From Azolla caroliniana (Eukaryota > Plantae > Polypodiophyta), in the NCBI GenBank assembly GCA_043228905.1, contig JBHGNT010000013.1, positions 11,222,001 through 11,286,000 on the forward strand: DNA of 64,000 nucleotides, in the 5' to 3' direction. The notes beneath the pieces were generated by a model. That model saw nothing but the letters and a program-made list of their open reading frames with translations. It was not told the DNA's origin and did no database searches. Shown in pieces: positions 49,201-62,488 of the stretch. The position numbers were made by a program, and so were the translations under genes. Within the stretch, counting starts at the first letter, position 1. Each line of letters starts with the position of its first letter.

Positions 49201-51499
49201 CAAGCTATGGGATATACTCGACAAGAAAGTGGTGAGGAGTCAATAAATAATATTTATGGAAGGCAAGATGATTGAAAACTGGAAATAGCAGCAATCGGGG
49301 TCGTCTTCCCAGTCGATTCCCACCTCTCTGGACTCAGGACTAGTTGACTCTACACAGTTAGGAGACAGCCAGTTGAAACAACCAAATCGGAATTAATCAA
49401 CTCGAAGCAACCGATTAATACATATGAGTTGGAGTCGACTGACCTACAAAATTCAATTGAGGCATACGAGTCGTAGTCAGTCGATCTTCAGCAACTAATT
49501 GAAACATATGAACCCCGAGCCGGCCATGGGAGGTGGACGAAACTCACTCAAACAGAGGAGAGCACCCTCTTGATACTCCAATCAATATGTTCTATTGATA
49601 GATGAAGATGAGCCAGAATGTTACAAAGAAGCCATGGCAGGTAAGTACAAGGAGAAGTGGCAGAGTGCAATGCAAGACAAAATGGACTCCTTGCATGGAA
49701 ATTACACTTATGACTAGGTTGAGCTATCGAAAAATAAGAGAGCCCTAAGGAACAAATGGGTCTTCAAGCTAAAAAATGGGGAAGATGGCAGCGGACCAAG
49801 ATACAAAGCCCGAATTGTAGTGAAGGGATTTCAATAGAAGAAAGCCCGGTCAATTTTGATGAGATTTTTGCACCAGTCATGAAGATGACATCTATTCGAA
49901 CTGTACTAAGTATTGCTACCAGGATGGATCTGGAAATAGAGCAATTGGATGTCAAAACAACATTCCTGCATAGAGAATTAGTTTACGAGATCTATATGCA
50001 ACAGCCCAAAGGTTTTGAGGAGAAAGGAAAAGAGAATCTTGTGTCAATTGAAGAAAAGCTTGTATGGTCTAAAGCAAGCTCCACGCCAATGGCATAAGAA
50101 GTTTGAATCCTTCATGTTGGAACATGGGTTCCATAAAACACAAGCCGGTCACTCTATGTTTGTCAAAAGGTATAATGAAGGCGACTTCTTGATTCTCTTG
50201 CTATATGTGGATGACATGTTAGAGTTAGACAAGACAACAAGGAGATTGAGAGCTTCAAAAAAGCATTGGCAAGTCGTTTTCCATGAAAGTTATTGGACCG
50301 GCGAAGCAAATCCTGGGTATGCACATAGTTCGGGACAGAACAAATTGTTTCCACATCACGTTATGTGATGAACTATACATGGGGAGCAATGTCATGGCAA
50401 TCAAGATTGCAAAAGGTTTTGGCCTTGTTGACCACAGAGGCAAAATATATGGTTGTGGTAGAGGCCGGATAGGAGCTCATATGGATGAAGAATTTTTTTA
50501 GTGACTTAGGAATGAAACAAGAAAGGTTCCTACTCCATTATGGTAATCATAGTGCCATACATCTAGCCAAGAGCGTTGCTTACCACTCTCAGACCAAGAA
50601 TATACAGAGAAGGTATCCCTAGCTACGAGACAAAGGATGAGGAAAAATTTACCCTTGTGAAGATCCATACTGATGACAATGTATCCAACATGCTCACGAA
50701 AAACCTACCTATGGATAGACTTAAAGTCTTTTGATGGAAGACGGGATTGGCTGACTCTCCCTACACGAGGGTGATTTTGTTAAGATTTTGTCCCTCCTAA
50801 TGGGAGAAGTTGGCAGTCGATTAGTAGAATTGGTAGTCGAAAGTGGGTCAGTCAGTTGGATCGACCTGCGAGTCAACGTGGTATTCGATTGGGTGAAGGA
50901 AATGAAGAATCGACCAGTCGAGTCGATGAGAGACGATTTGGAGGTTGACTGTATTGGATGGATGATCCAAGTGAAATACTAGGCCGACTAGTCAGGCCGA
51001 CCTGATGATCATAGACAAGGCCACCTAGTTAGGCCGACCGGATGGTCGATGACAAAGTCTGCCAGTCGAAACGACAAGATAGCCGACATAGGAGTCAGCT
51101 AGTTTAATCGACTAGACTGCCGACTTGTGGGTTGGATAGTCGAGTCCATCAGTCGATTGATTAACTAATATTATTATCAGTTAATAATAACATATTCCCA
51201 TGTATAAATATGTAGAGCTACAACCAACTTTAGAAGTGTGTATAGAGCGAGTACATAGTAGAGCCACAAAGAAAAGGAAGAAGATAAGAGCGGAAGTGAG
51301 TGAGTGACGAAAGAGTTTAGTGAAACTTGTCAAAAACCCTAAGTGGGGATTCTTAGAGATTTTGTGAAATCTGTTGGCTGTGGTTTTTCCCTGTTTTAGG
51401 GTTTCCACGTAAAACGTGTCTATTGTGTATTTTGCCGTTTTCTGTTTTGTACTTATTTCAACATATCTTTCTCGTCCATCTACAGTCCAAATCTCTACA
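46289..51499 (+). mobile_element. Ty1/copia element CopH (CopD-like pol), degenerate
   Basis: Partial 5' LTR 46289-46692, PBS TGGTATTAGAGC 46696-46707, gag from 46721, WMIDSGTSFH, LYVDDML, 3' LTR 50778-51499. Confidence 0.9.
47126..47531. mobile_element. Non-autonomous hAT MITE in CopH gag
   Basis: 16-bp TIR TAGGGATCGGCAAYGG; 8-bp TSD GCAGCCAA/GTAGCCAA; subterminal AAACCG/GGCTTA repeats; central (GA)n. Confidence 0.88.
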
Positions 51500-51990
51500 C
51501 TTTCGTGTGCATGTTCTTGTCTCTTGCTTGTGTGTTTGTGCTTCTTGTGACGAAGAAGGTTTCAGGAAACCATGCACCTCTCTTCCTCATAAAGGTGTTC
51601 GGGCATTGTTGGGTTAAAACTCCCACTCTGCCCACCTTGTATGTCTAGTGTGAACACATAGTTAACCTAACTATATAACTAGGTTACTTACCTTGTAAAG
51701 ATGAGTTTGAAGGGTTAATGTAACACACTCTTCTTTGAGCACATCTCTTTCTCTCTACGCCATAGTGCATTCCTTCACTTATGTTGTTTGCCAAACTCTC
51801 TAACAAGTTCTCAATCATCTTCCGCATCATCACCAACATCGTCTTCTACATGTTAACATCAACATTTGGTATCAAAGCGACTTGCAGTTCGGAAGCAACA
51901 GAAACATAAACTTGAAGGAGGGACCAGGTCAGCAAATCTCATTTCTAATAGAACATGGCATCAACATCTGGCACATGACTAGAAATCCAG
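51500..51990 (+). mobile_element. Copia LTR 3' part + PBS + gag start (CopE-related)
   Basis: caaca-tt-TGGTATCAAAGC at 51867; MASTSGT*LEI resembles the CopE gag start. Confidence 0.7.
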
Positions 51991-51995
51991 TTTAG

Positions 51996-53397
51996 GGTTT
52001 TTCAAGGTACGAGAACCACTCCTTATGGCTCGTCATGTGGTTTGACGCGCCGGAGTCTACGTATCACACCTCGTCCGATCTCGGGGTGGTCCGTTTCATT
52101 GAGTTTGCTTCATGTCTCGTCACGAAGGCAGACCCTTCTCCGGCTCTCCCGGAGTCTTCGGCGTAGTGCGATCGCTGCCGATTTCCCTTGTCGGTATGTC
52201 CGGAGCCGTTTCTGGAACCGGTTCTCTCCGAATCGGCGCACTTCTTCCAGCACTCACTTTCCCTGTGGCCTTTCTTGCCACAGTACCAGCACTCCGCGAT
52301 GGCCTTCCCTTGCCGGTTCTCATCGCTTCGACTCCCCCTGTTTACAGAGGGTCCGGAGTTGCTGTGGGCATCACTTCGGTGCCTTCTTCCTTGATCTCAT
52401 CGGCCGCCTCCATTGCGCGCCGACTCGCCTCGTCCTCCACGTCCACGGGGCCTATCTCCCTCCGTGTACAACATTCTGTTGTCAATGTGCGTGCTTGTAG
52501 ACGCACCCGCGTGGTTCTCCTCTACTACGAGCATTGACTGTAAGTCGAAAAAGGACGGCGTATTCTCCTGGGTACACACAGGCGTTCGGAACGCTCCGAA
52601 CTTTGACGCCAAACCTCCGAGACAGATCTGGACCATCTCGCTCTCCTCGATGTTCACCTCTATAGAGGCGAGGGAGTCGCAGATATCCTTGATCTTCGAG
52701 GTATAGTCCGCCACCGACAAGTCGCGTTGTCGTAGGTTGCTCAACTCCTGTCGGAGCTGAAGCTTCCTGGCAGTGGTGCTCGCGGCGAAAATCTTCTTCA
52801 GATTTTCCCACGCACCCTTTGGCGTCTTTGCATCCCGAACATAGCTCAATAGTTGTTCGCCCACACACGACGTGAAGCAGTATAATACCCTGCTCGCCGA
52901 TTGCTCCCACGACGGGAAGGCTCTGTGTGTCGATTCGGGTGCCGCGTCATTAGCTCCTTCGACATAACTCCAGTACCCATGCCCGAGCAGGTACTGGTGC
53001 ATCTTGTAGGACCAAAACGCGTAGTTGGTTCTGTCGAGCTTCTCTGTTGGAAGCGAGCTCGCCATGCCTCTATCCATCGTTCTTCTTGTTCTTCTTCGTC
53101 AAGCTGTGTCGGCTGCAAAGAGGTTCTCAACCCTCGCGCTCTAGTACCATGTAAAAAGTAACGTGCGGACGCAAGTATGAAGACCAAACAGAAGGAAGAA
53201 AACTCAGGTTTAATGGAGAGCTTGAGCTTACACATTATACTTGGGAGAGACAGGGAGAGTGAGAGAGAAACACAAGAGGTATATTCAAGAAGAGTACTAA
53301 ATCTCTATACACAAAAAATGCATATGTGTGTTCAATGAACACTTTGTACAATTCCTAAAAGGACTGACCGAAGTACTGACAGTACTTCAATGCTCAT
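51996..53397 (-). mobile_element. gag: Second Cop1-family copy: gag (52397-53077 and onward), degenerate PBS, partial 5' LTR 53150-53397
   Basis: Near-identical to 3620-5020. Confidence 0.93.
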
Positions 53398-53734
53398 TCC
53401 CGGATTATCGATGTCATACGTGTTAACGTGAAGACGGACATTTTTGCTCAAGCCATTCTAGCGCACATTGATACCTCTTGGGCATCCTGTTCCTAGTCTC
53501 AACAACCAGGTATGGACTACTGACAATTCGAATATCATTATGGTTTATTGTTCTTTAAAAATCTTGTATATGTTCCCGATTGCTTCAAATCGTCTTTTGG
53601 ATCTAGTTCAATGATCTTTTTGGTGGCCCCATATACGACGTTTTCTCGACGACTACATTTGGACCTGTGATGCTTGCTGCTGAGTAAAGATGGCACGACA
53701 TCATCCATATGGCTTGTTGGAACCATTACCGAGC

Positions 53735-53985
53735 TTCAATGATCAACCTTCATAGCATAGGAAGTGTGAAACCATCGCACCTCGCTAATTTCTTGGAGAA
53801 CCTACTAAACATTTGATCTATGTGATCATGTGTATGACCAACTAGCAAGAAGTTGACCTTAATCTTTTTGAAAATACCCTTGTCTACTAACATGCTCAAA
53901 TAACCAAACACAGTTGAGTTCTTGTTTTCTCTCGCCATGTTATCAAGTTGCACGTATAGTACATTGAAAGGCCCAACAGCCAAGT
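53735..53985 (-). pseudogene. Sola-like (DUF7869-type) transposase catalytic fragment
   Basis: LYVQLDNMARENKN...FKKIKVNFLLVGHTHDHIDQMFSRFS. Confidence 0.7.
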
Positions 53986-54114
53986 GGCATAAAAAGCACA
54001 TTCTGGGTAGCTTCGCCACGTTTGAAGCCTTGCGGGATAAATTTCTATGGTTGTTTCACCAACAGGTGGACCAAAGGGAGCTCGTCGGTCAATTTAATAC
54101 GGTGTATCAGGAAC
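53970..54114 (+). pseudogene. Small Ty3/gypsy-type gag fragment
   Basis: AKWHKKH...FEALRDKFLWLF...ELVGQFNTVYQE resembles the retrotransposon gag capsid pattern. Confidence 0.45.
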
Positions 54115-54229
54115 TGTCAAGAATAGTACTAAAACAGAGAGAGAATTAGTACTAGAGAAGGGAAGTACTATTAGTACTAAGAGGACGGGACTGCGTAAGA
54201 CTCCCGAGAGAGGGAGAGAGATAGCGAGG

Positions 54230-54273
<44 letters not shown>

Positions 54274-56186
54274 GATGATAACAGATGATATATTATATGA
54301 AGAGTAAGTACAAAATGACTATGAGGCTTAAGATTGACGTTGAACCAATTTGGTTCAACCTAATGCCTTGTGCCTCCTTTTATAGTCTTCTCAAGAGGAG
54401 TCATGAAGCTTCATGTTCTAGAGAAATCTGGAATATACATTAATTTCCTATAATAAAACTTAAATGAAAATAATATCCTACATATTACAAGAGATGGAAT
54501 AATGGTCAAGAGCTCGACCCATATAACATAAGGTCATGGGTTCGAGTCTTGCCATATCATGACATTATCCCCCCCTTAAGACAACGAGTGTAACGAGTCA
54601 GCGCTGATTGAGGACCGGGTTTGTTTGGATATTGTCGGTGGAAATCAGCAAGAAGATCCTGAGCATTGGCGACATGCTCGACGGGTTCCCAAGTATGTTC
54701 GCTCAAACTATAGCCAAGCCAATCGACCAAATAATAAAGTTTGTTGCGAACAAATTTGGAGTCCAGGACGGTAGCAACTTCATACTCCGGGCCGACGTCT
54801 AACTCAAGCGGGGGCGGCGCTAGTGTAACACGATTGGGAATAGTGTTTGCTTTATAAGGTTCAAGAAGAGAACTATGGAAGACTGGAGGAAGATCAAGGC
54901 GGAATGTGACATCATTAACCTTACCGGTAATACAAAAAGGACCAAGTCGTTGATAATACAACTTGTCGCATGGTCGAGTAGACTTGATGTGACGACGTAA
55001 GAGCCATACTCGATCTCTGATGGCAAAAGAGGAGGGAAGCCGATGATGATCCGCATAAGTCTTCTATGTGTGTTGAGCATGAAGAACATGACTAGAGAGA
55101 TCCATCTGGATCTTGCGTAGCCTCTCCAAATGATCCTCGGCATGAGGATTGGTTGGTGGCTCCGGGGTGTCAATCACAGACCAGCGAGGATGAGAACCAG
55201 TATAAGCATAAAATGGGGAGACCCAAGTCGAGGAGTGAATAGCGTTATTATAAGCAAACTCCGCAAAGTGGAGAATATCAGCCCAATCATCCTGCTGATA
55301 ACTCAGAAAACACCGGAGGTATTGCTCCAATGTTCGATTTGTTCGTTCCACCTACCCATCGGTCTAGGGATGGTAGCCGGAGGAGAGGTTACAAGAGACC
55401 TTGAGCATCTTGAAGAGATGCTTCCAAAATTTGGAGACGAATTGAGGTCCTCAGTCATTGACGATACTGTTTGGTAGGCCATGATGCCGAAATACCTCAC
55501 GCATGACAAGGGCGAAGGTTTTCTCACTAGTGATGGCCTTAGTACACGGCACAAAATGTGCCATCTTAGTATATCGATCAACGATGGTTAAGATAGCATC
55601 GAAACCATGCGAGCCCGGCAGATCTGTGATAAAATCAAGACAAATAGACTGCCACGGCTTACTTGGAATCTAGTGGAGTGTGAAAAATCCGCGTTGTGTG
55701 CAAACGTGTTGGTCCCAAGATTACCTGCTTTTGATTATCAAACGATGGAACATCAAGACAAGGTGCAAGATATTAACACCATGATAGTGCATCTACTTTT
55801 ACTTGCTGCTTCCTCGGTCGATATGTGATTTTCAAGTCAAAACGCGTGAGGAATCGGGCCCACCGAGCTTGCCGTCGATTTAGTACACAAGCATTCTGGA
55901 AATAAGCAAGGTTTTTGTGATCACTGAAGACGAGGACCTGATGTGGAGAGACCTCTAAGAAGTGCCTCCATTGCACAAATGAATCCACAATGGCTAATAA
56001 CTCCTTGTCATGTATCTCGTAGTTGATTTCCGCGGCATCAAATTTGCGCAAATGGAAAGCCACAGGATGTAACTCTTCTTCATCTCCTTGTTGAGAAAGG
56101 ATGCTACCGAGGGCGAAATCCGATGTGTCGGCCTCCATGATGAATGGTTTGTTTATATCCACATGAGCTAGAATAGGAGTTGATAT
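54115..56186 (-). mobile_element. Chromovirus ChrJ 3' half: RH, integrase, chromodomain, PPT, 3' LTR 54115-54564
   Basis: EADTSDFALG, ERTNRTLEQYLR, YEVATVLD...DWLGY...TWEP; PPT AAGGGGGGGATAA; LTR similar to ChrA. Confidence 0.9.
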
Positions 56187-57488
56187 GTGGATATTTTGAT
56201 AAGTTAAGAACACTTGAGACCTTATTGTCTGACAATATAGAAGACATCCTACTAAGTGCATCTGCACTAGGCATTCATCTCCAACATCCTTGGGCAACCT
56301 TCGAAAATGTGGCAAACAAGTTTTTTTCTTATCCATTCCATCTATAATGAAGCACATATGTCTTTCTAGTGATTGAAGCGCTTTGTGACAATGGTGCATA
56401 GTTTTAGATCTTTCCAACGCCTGGCTTTCTCGATGTTCTCTCAATAAATTCTTGTATTTTTTTATTTCTTCATATGTTGTCCCACTCTTGGCCATGCTTT
56501 TTAAACTCACACATATAGAACAAACACCCATCCGAACCTTGCGGGGTATGACCACATTGTTAAACTTCAATCTCCATAAACGATTAAAATGTCGATATTG
56601 TATATAAGGTACACTTTCCAATAACATGTCATCCTTATACACTTGGTATACCTCACAACGAGTGAAGTTATCTGAAAAATGTAACCTTCCAATAGTGGGC
56701 ATAACATCACATTGCTTTGAGAAATATATCTCCATCCATCTAACGGCATGTCGCCCAATTAGACCCTTACATGTAGATTATGTATTGTTGAAAGGTACCT
56801 ACCACCCCTTAAGTAATCGATGTTGAATTCTTTGTAGCCTCATGTTCCCGATGCTATAGGCAATTTTAAAAGCAACTCAACAACTCTTCATAGTAAGTGA
56901 AAGGTAATATTCCACCTGCTGAGAACATGACACTGCCAGATGGTCCTTCACAATTTGCATATTTGTCGCAACCCCCGCAAGTTTGCCTTTCAAAATTTTG
57001 ATAAACAAAGGCTCCCACAACATACCTTGCATATATCAATTGCAATTTGGCGATCCTAACATAGAAAATTATATCGTTTAATGCTCACTTGTCGAGCAAC
57101 TCTTCGAAAATTTAGATGCTTGTTGACACAATCGTCGTCAACATTTGAAAAACTAGACTCGTCATGATTTTTATCTACTTTAATATTTCTTATTTTACCT
57201 AAGCTAAAGGGTTCTATCGAAAAAAGTGACATCAAACTTTGCTCTCGATCGTCGTTTGACTCTATATTGTTTATTATTAATATGGTTATATTCCTCGATT
57301 GAGAATAACGAGTTATCAAATAATTTAAAAGACTCAATACAAAACAAAGAATTTTAACTCGAGTTTGAGGACATTTTGAGTAAGGGGGGCTAAGATCACA
57401 AGAGTCCAAAATAGGCTCAAGTTTAGTTCTATAATAAGCACCATGTCCAAAAGCATTTATTTAAAATAAATTATTTTTTAAAAATCCC
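56187..57488 (-). pseudogene. Sola-like (DUF7869-type) transposase N-terminal part and upstream region
   Basis: CDVMP...RLH, FNRLWR...VVIP...MGVCSIC, HRESQALER, IIDGMDKKKTCLPHF; fused to chromovirus RH at ~56186. Confidence 0.65.
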
Positions 57489-57785
57489 TTCTTCTTCAAA
57501 GTTAATCCTTTGGGAGTAGAGTTCAGATAACACTCGAGTGAAGGTGTTAATGTGGGAGGTCTCCGGATCTGTCTCTCTCATCGTCATATTAAACAAATGT
57601 TGGATCAATATGAGCTTTGATGGGGAGGACTGCTTTTCATAAACTGCATGGAGTTTCTCCCACAAAGTAAATGTCGTCATCTCTTTGGCCATGCTGAAGT
57701 AGACATTCCTAGCCAGATGCATTCGAATGGTTGACCTGGTTATTTCATCCAGTGAGAGTCATTCGTCTGTTGTCATACCCCCAAG
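57489..57785 (-). pseudogene. gag: CopE-family gag N-terminal piece
   Basis: MHLARNVYFS...LWEKLHAVYEK...INFEEE; its continuation KALALLSSLP lies at 60993 on the + strand. Confidence 0.85.
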
Positions 57786-57792
57786 ATAGATA

Positions 57793-59627
57793 TGCAACAT
57801 TTAGATGAAGTATATGATTTCAAGCGGTTTTGTTTGGATGGTGATGGGATTGGATGTAGTGTTCTTGCTCCGCTTAATAATATAAGTGTAAACAATCAAG
57901 AGATGGATTCTTGTGAAGCGGAACAGGTGTGAACTATGTGTGTGTGTGTGTGTGTGTGTATGAGAGAGAGAGACACACACATAGAGTATACGCAAGGTTA
58001 AAAGTGTATTAACAAAGGAGAAAGACACAACCCAATACAAGGTGGGAGGAGGGTGCTTTATGTAGTCACCCTCTCTCTTCATTAACTACAAGGCTCATGG
58101 AGCATGGGGAATGTGAAAGCTCATAAGTTATGTGTCATAGAATATGATTCACTCATACTAAATGCTAGAATACAAAGAGGTGACTTAATGGTGACTCTTG
58201 ACCGTTGGAGTGTCTATTCACTCTCAAGGTGAGTTCACACACTAGACCAAGTTGAGCTTGATTCTCAACACGCCCCCTCAAGCTCAAGTCAGGTCGGTTT
58301 CAGATGGTATCCGAAATCCGCTTCGACTCGCGTTCTGGAGTCCGCGTCAACTCGCATTTATTCGGAGTTGCGGAATCCGTGCTCCAACTTGCGTTGTGCG
58401 TAGTTGCGAAGTCTATGCTTTGGCTTGCGTCTTTCTTCGCGGCTTTGCGCGGTAGATCGGCTCTTCGCGGCTTCGTTGAGTGGTTGCGTAATCCACGCGT
58501 TATTGCGTAATGTCTTCAGTACTCCCCCTCAAGCTTGGCAGGTCAGGGATCGTCAATCCAAGATCGGTCATGAATTGCCCTAGCTTGTCGGCTCCTAAGG
58601 CTTTAGTGAAAATGTCGGCCGTTTGAAGATTGGTGCTAATGTGTTGTAGGTCGAAATCACTAGCTAGAACACGCTCTCGGATGAAGTGATAGTGCACTTT
58701 GATGTGCTTTGTCCGCGCGTGGAACACCGGGTTCCGAGCCAGATAGATATTGCTCATGTTGTCACAGTAAAGGGGAGTCGGATCCTTGATGGGTACACCC
58801 AGATCCTTCAAAATCCTCTTGAGCCATACGGCTTCACACGCAGCTACGGTTGCGCCCCTGTATTCCGCCTCTATACTCGAAAGAGCGACAGTAGGCTGCT
58901 TCTTGCTACTCCAGGATATTGCTCCGCTACCGAGGGAGAAAACAAATACGGAGGTTGATCTTCTATCGGCTTTGTAGTCGGCCCAATCAGCGTCGGTGTA
59001 CCCCTCGAGTCGTATTGGCATCGCGGTCTTGTAGAGGATGCCGCAATCCATTGTGCCGCTCACGTATCGTAGAACTTGCTTAGCGCAATCCAAGTGAATA
59101 TCACGCGGTGTTTGCATGAATTGGCTAAGGAGACTGACCGGATAGCTGAGTTCGGGTCGAGTGATCGTGAGGTAGATGAGACTCCCGATGAGTTGCCGAT
59201 ACTGAGTCGGCTCACACGCTTTGGTGCTGGAGTTCGCATCTAGTTTGAGATTACGATCGAGCGGGGTTGCCACGGATTTGCACTTAGCCATACCGAACTT
59301 GTATAACAAGTTGAGGATGTAGTGGCGTTGAGAAATCATGATATGCAAGGTTAAAAGTGTATTAACAAAGGAGAAAGACACAACCCAATACAAGGTGGGA
59401 GGAGGGTGCTTTATGTAGACACCCTCTCTCTTCATTAACTACAAGGTTCATGGAGCATGGGGAATGTGAAAGCTCATAAGTTATGTGTCATAGAATATGA
59501 TTCTATGACTCATACTAAATGCTAGAATACAAAGAGGTGACTTAATGCTGTCTCTTGACCGTTGGAGTGTTTATTCACTCTCAAGGTGAGTTCACACACT
59601 AGACCAAGTTGAGCTTGATTCTCAACA
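57793..59627 (-). mobile_element. Internally deleted copia CopK (LTR-RT/RH-LTR)
   Basis: LTRs ~57793-58270 and 59342-59627 (partial); PPT 58271-58283; RT end and RNase H 58500-59340. No TSD found. Confidence 0.88.
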
Positions 59628-60992
59628 ATAAGTTTTAACCATGTCTTCCTCATCCGAAAAAGTGTGGTCGGTCACTACCAAACCATGTTGTATGCCAAAC
59701 AATACTCATCTAGTTCGCAATGGGAGACACAAGAAGAATGTAGGCTCTTATTGCATTTCCTAGATGCAATAAACTATGGTGCTGAGCAAATGCCCTTTGA
59801 CGACCATAAAAGATTGGTTGTTGGGAGTTCAATTGAAGAGCAAAAGATATATTTGATGTGGTGCCTTCAGGAAAAACGTAAAAATATTGAGAGAACCAAA
59901 AAGTACGCTGGTGATCAGGATGTGGATTCGTGGGATGTCTTCTTTAATCATCAACATACAATATTAGATAACCACTTTAGTAACAGGGTACTAGCCACTA
60001 CAAAATCAATTCGAATGGGCACTTGGTGGCCCATCAATGACAAGCACGACTCCTTTACAACCACTAGATAATCTTGAATTGAATAATCTAGATCGTCCAT
60101 GACAAAGAGATATTTACGTGGGACCAAGATTATCGCATGTTGCAGAGGCAAGGTGGCAAGGCAATCTACATGAGCTACAAGTTGGTATGTTAGTTGTAAC
60201 ATTAGTTGGGGGTGATAAGTTGGGCCATCCCTTCTGGATTGCCAAAATCATTGAAGTTATTAAGGATGATGAAGGCAATAAAGTAAAGTCAATTATGGTT
60301 CATTGGTATCATACCTCTTCCAAAGATGCATTTATTGGGAAGTACTCTTTAGAGATGGTTAAGGATGTCCACGGCACAAGCAGAAAGCGAAGAAGAAAGA
60401 ATCTACCAAGCATGTCTACTCTAGCACTTGATAATGTCGACATACTCGTGTATGACTTCTCCTTGACCAAAACAGGCCATCTAAGACAGACTACAATCAA
60501 TATAATAAAAGAGAAGATCCTAGATGTTCTAGTTGATGCAACATAGAGACGAACAAGGAGTATGTCTCATAAGCACATTGACGTTGGATTGCAATTGGAT
60601 GAAGACAATGCATTGGTTGCTAGTGATGATGAGGATGAGACCTCACAATGCTCTTCTAGTTCATCGGGTGGGTCTGAAGAGGAATGCGTATTTCTGGGAA
60701 GTGATGGATCTCATATATGAAATGTAAATATTGTATGTTACATCAATATGGCGATTCACAAATATGTATAAATATACATGTTAGTCATTTTGTAATTTTT
60801 GTACGTTCTCCTATCAATTTCACGTGTCGATTATTAGGGGCACTTTTTGAAAGCCCTAAATTTTTGGACATCATATAAATCAATATATTTTGATTCAATT
60901 TTCGTCCTTTTTGTGAAATGGCCTACTTTGTGCCTTTTTTGGATGGATTTTTCTTAAATTGCGACATATTACTTGTTTCAAATGACCCGGTG
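59628..60992 (+). pseudogene. Probable C-terminal part and 3' end of the Sola-like transposon
   Basis: ORFs 59664-60071 and 60118-60546 (VGMLVV...HPFWIAKIIEV...VHWYH, beta-barrel-like), acidic tail, AT-rich end abutting copia gag. Confidence 0.5.
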
Positions 60993-62270
60993 TTGAAAGC
61001 CCTTGCCTTACTTTCGAGCTTGCCGGTGAGTTGGGAGATATTCTACACAACTTTCGCCAACAACTGTCCAAAGTTGAACTTGAACAAAACGATCGGACAA
61101 GTCCTCATTGTGGATATTCGACGAAAATGGATGGGCCTCACCATTGATGATTTGGCAGAAGCCCACTACTCTACCAAGCCAGCTTGAAGAACCGACTGGA
61201 AAACGAGTCAGTCGAGGAGGATTGACAATCGACAGTGGTCAAAGTCGAGGAATAGTCGATCAAGTGCTTTCTGCACTCATTCCAGAAAGTCTGGTTACGA
61301 TACCTTTGACTATTCGTTGATCAAAATGACGGAGAATAGTCGATGATTCGAGCGGAATCCAAGACAATCCGATTTGAATCGTTCTCCTACTGGCAACCAA
61401 GTTAATGTTGCCGAATCCCGGTCGGGACAAATTCTCTCCCTGGAATTATATCCTATACAATGCGCAAGACATGCAAAAATGGCTATTGGATACCAGAGCC
61501 ACATTTTATGTAACCCCCAACATCGAATGGTTTTCAAACTATTCGACTGGAGCCCACGACACTGTCCGACTCAGCAATGGGCAGGACTGTAAAATAGCTG
61601 GAATCAAGGAAGTACCAATTCAATTGCCAAATGACAATACAATTGTTTTGCACGAAGTCTGGCACGTACCCGTGCTAAACAGGTCTCTTGTCTCCATTGG
61701 CATGTTGGCCGACGCCGGGTACAGAATGACTCTCATTGAGTCATCATGGACGATCAATCGAGGAAATTGGAAAATCGAGAATGGATACAAGTACAATAAC
61801 TTGTATGCACTAATTGCGATTAGTCCAGAAGGGGTAGTGAACATAGCCGAATCGTGGAACTCAAACCTATGGCATGATCGACTTGGCCATATATCACAAG
61901 CAGGACTAGACTGACTAATGACGATTGGCTACATCCCGAAGCTCCAGACAAAGACAGACTTCTGCGAGCATTGTCATTATAGGAAATAGACCCGAAGTCC
62001 ACACTTCTGAGATGGTATGACAACCCCTAGAACTAGTCCACACAAATATATGTGGGCCAATGCCCGAAAGGTCACTCTCTAGCTCCCAATACTTCACCAC
62101 ATTTGTGGATGACTGTACATGGAAAGTTTGGACCTATTAAATTACGTCAAAAGACGAAGTGCTTGAGGTCTTCACTCATTAGTTAGTTGAAGTGGAGAAT
62201 CGGTCGACATATTGAATAAAGACACTTTGATTTGACAGTGGAGGTGAATACACCTCCCTAGCCTTTAAAC
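60993..62270 (+). pseudogene. CopE-family gag C-terminus, protease, integrase start
   Basis: KALALLSSLPVSWE, WLLDTRATFYVT, LWHDRLGHIS; homologous to 6490-7312 plus 26293-26790. Confidence 0.87.
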
Positions 62271-62446
62271 TACTACTACTTAGGAAGGAGACACATACAA
62301 GATAATATGTTGGCTCAATCCCATAGGTGAGATCTAGCGTCATCATGAATGATAAAATATCTATTCTATGTGCTCCATTCTGTAAGAATCGTTAGTGATG
62401 TAGGTGATGTTGTGGAGCGGAACTAAACTGTGTGTGCATAAGACAA

Positions 62447-62488
<42 letters not shown>

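Noticed and set aside
54233-54268. (AG)n, (CT)n and (TG)n tracts (also ~7620, ~57936, ~62450)
   Set aside because: Ordinary microsatellites within LTRs.
58500-59435. N-terminal 30 aa of the 311-aa ORF as a novel domain or signal peptide
   Set aside because: It is LTR sequence read through a deletion junction into RT; the same peptide appears in LTR ORF 57801-58082.
57300-60992. TIR pair for the Sola-like element
   Set aside because: The ends at ~57488 and ~60992 do not form a convincing terminal inverted repeat after accounting for the inversion.
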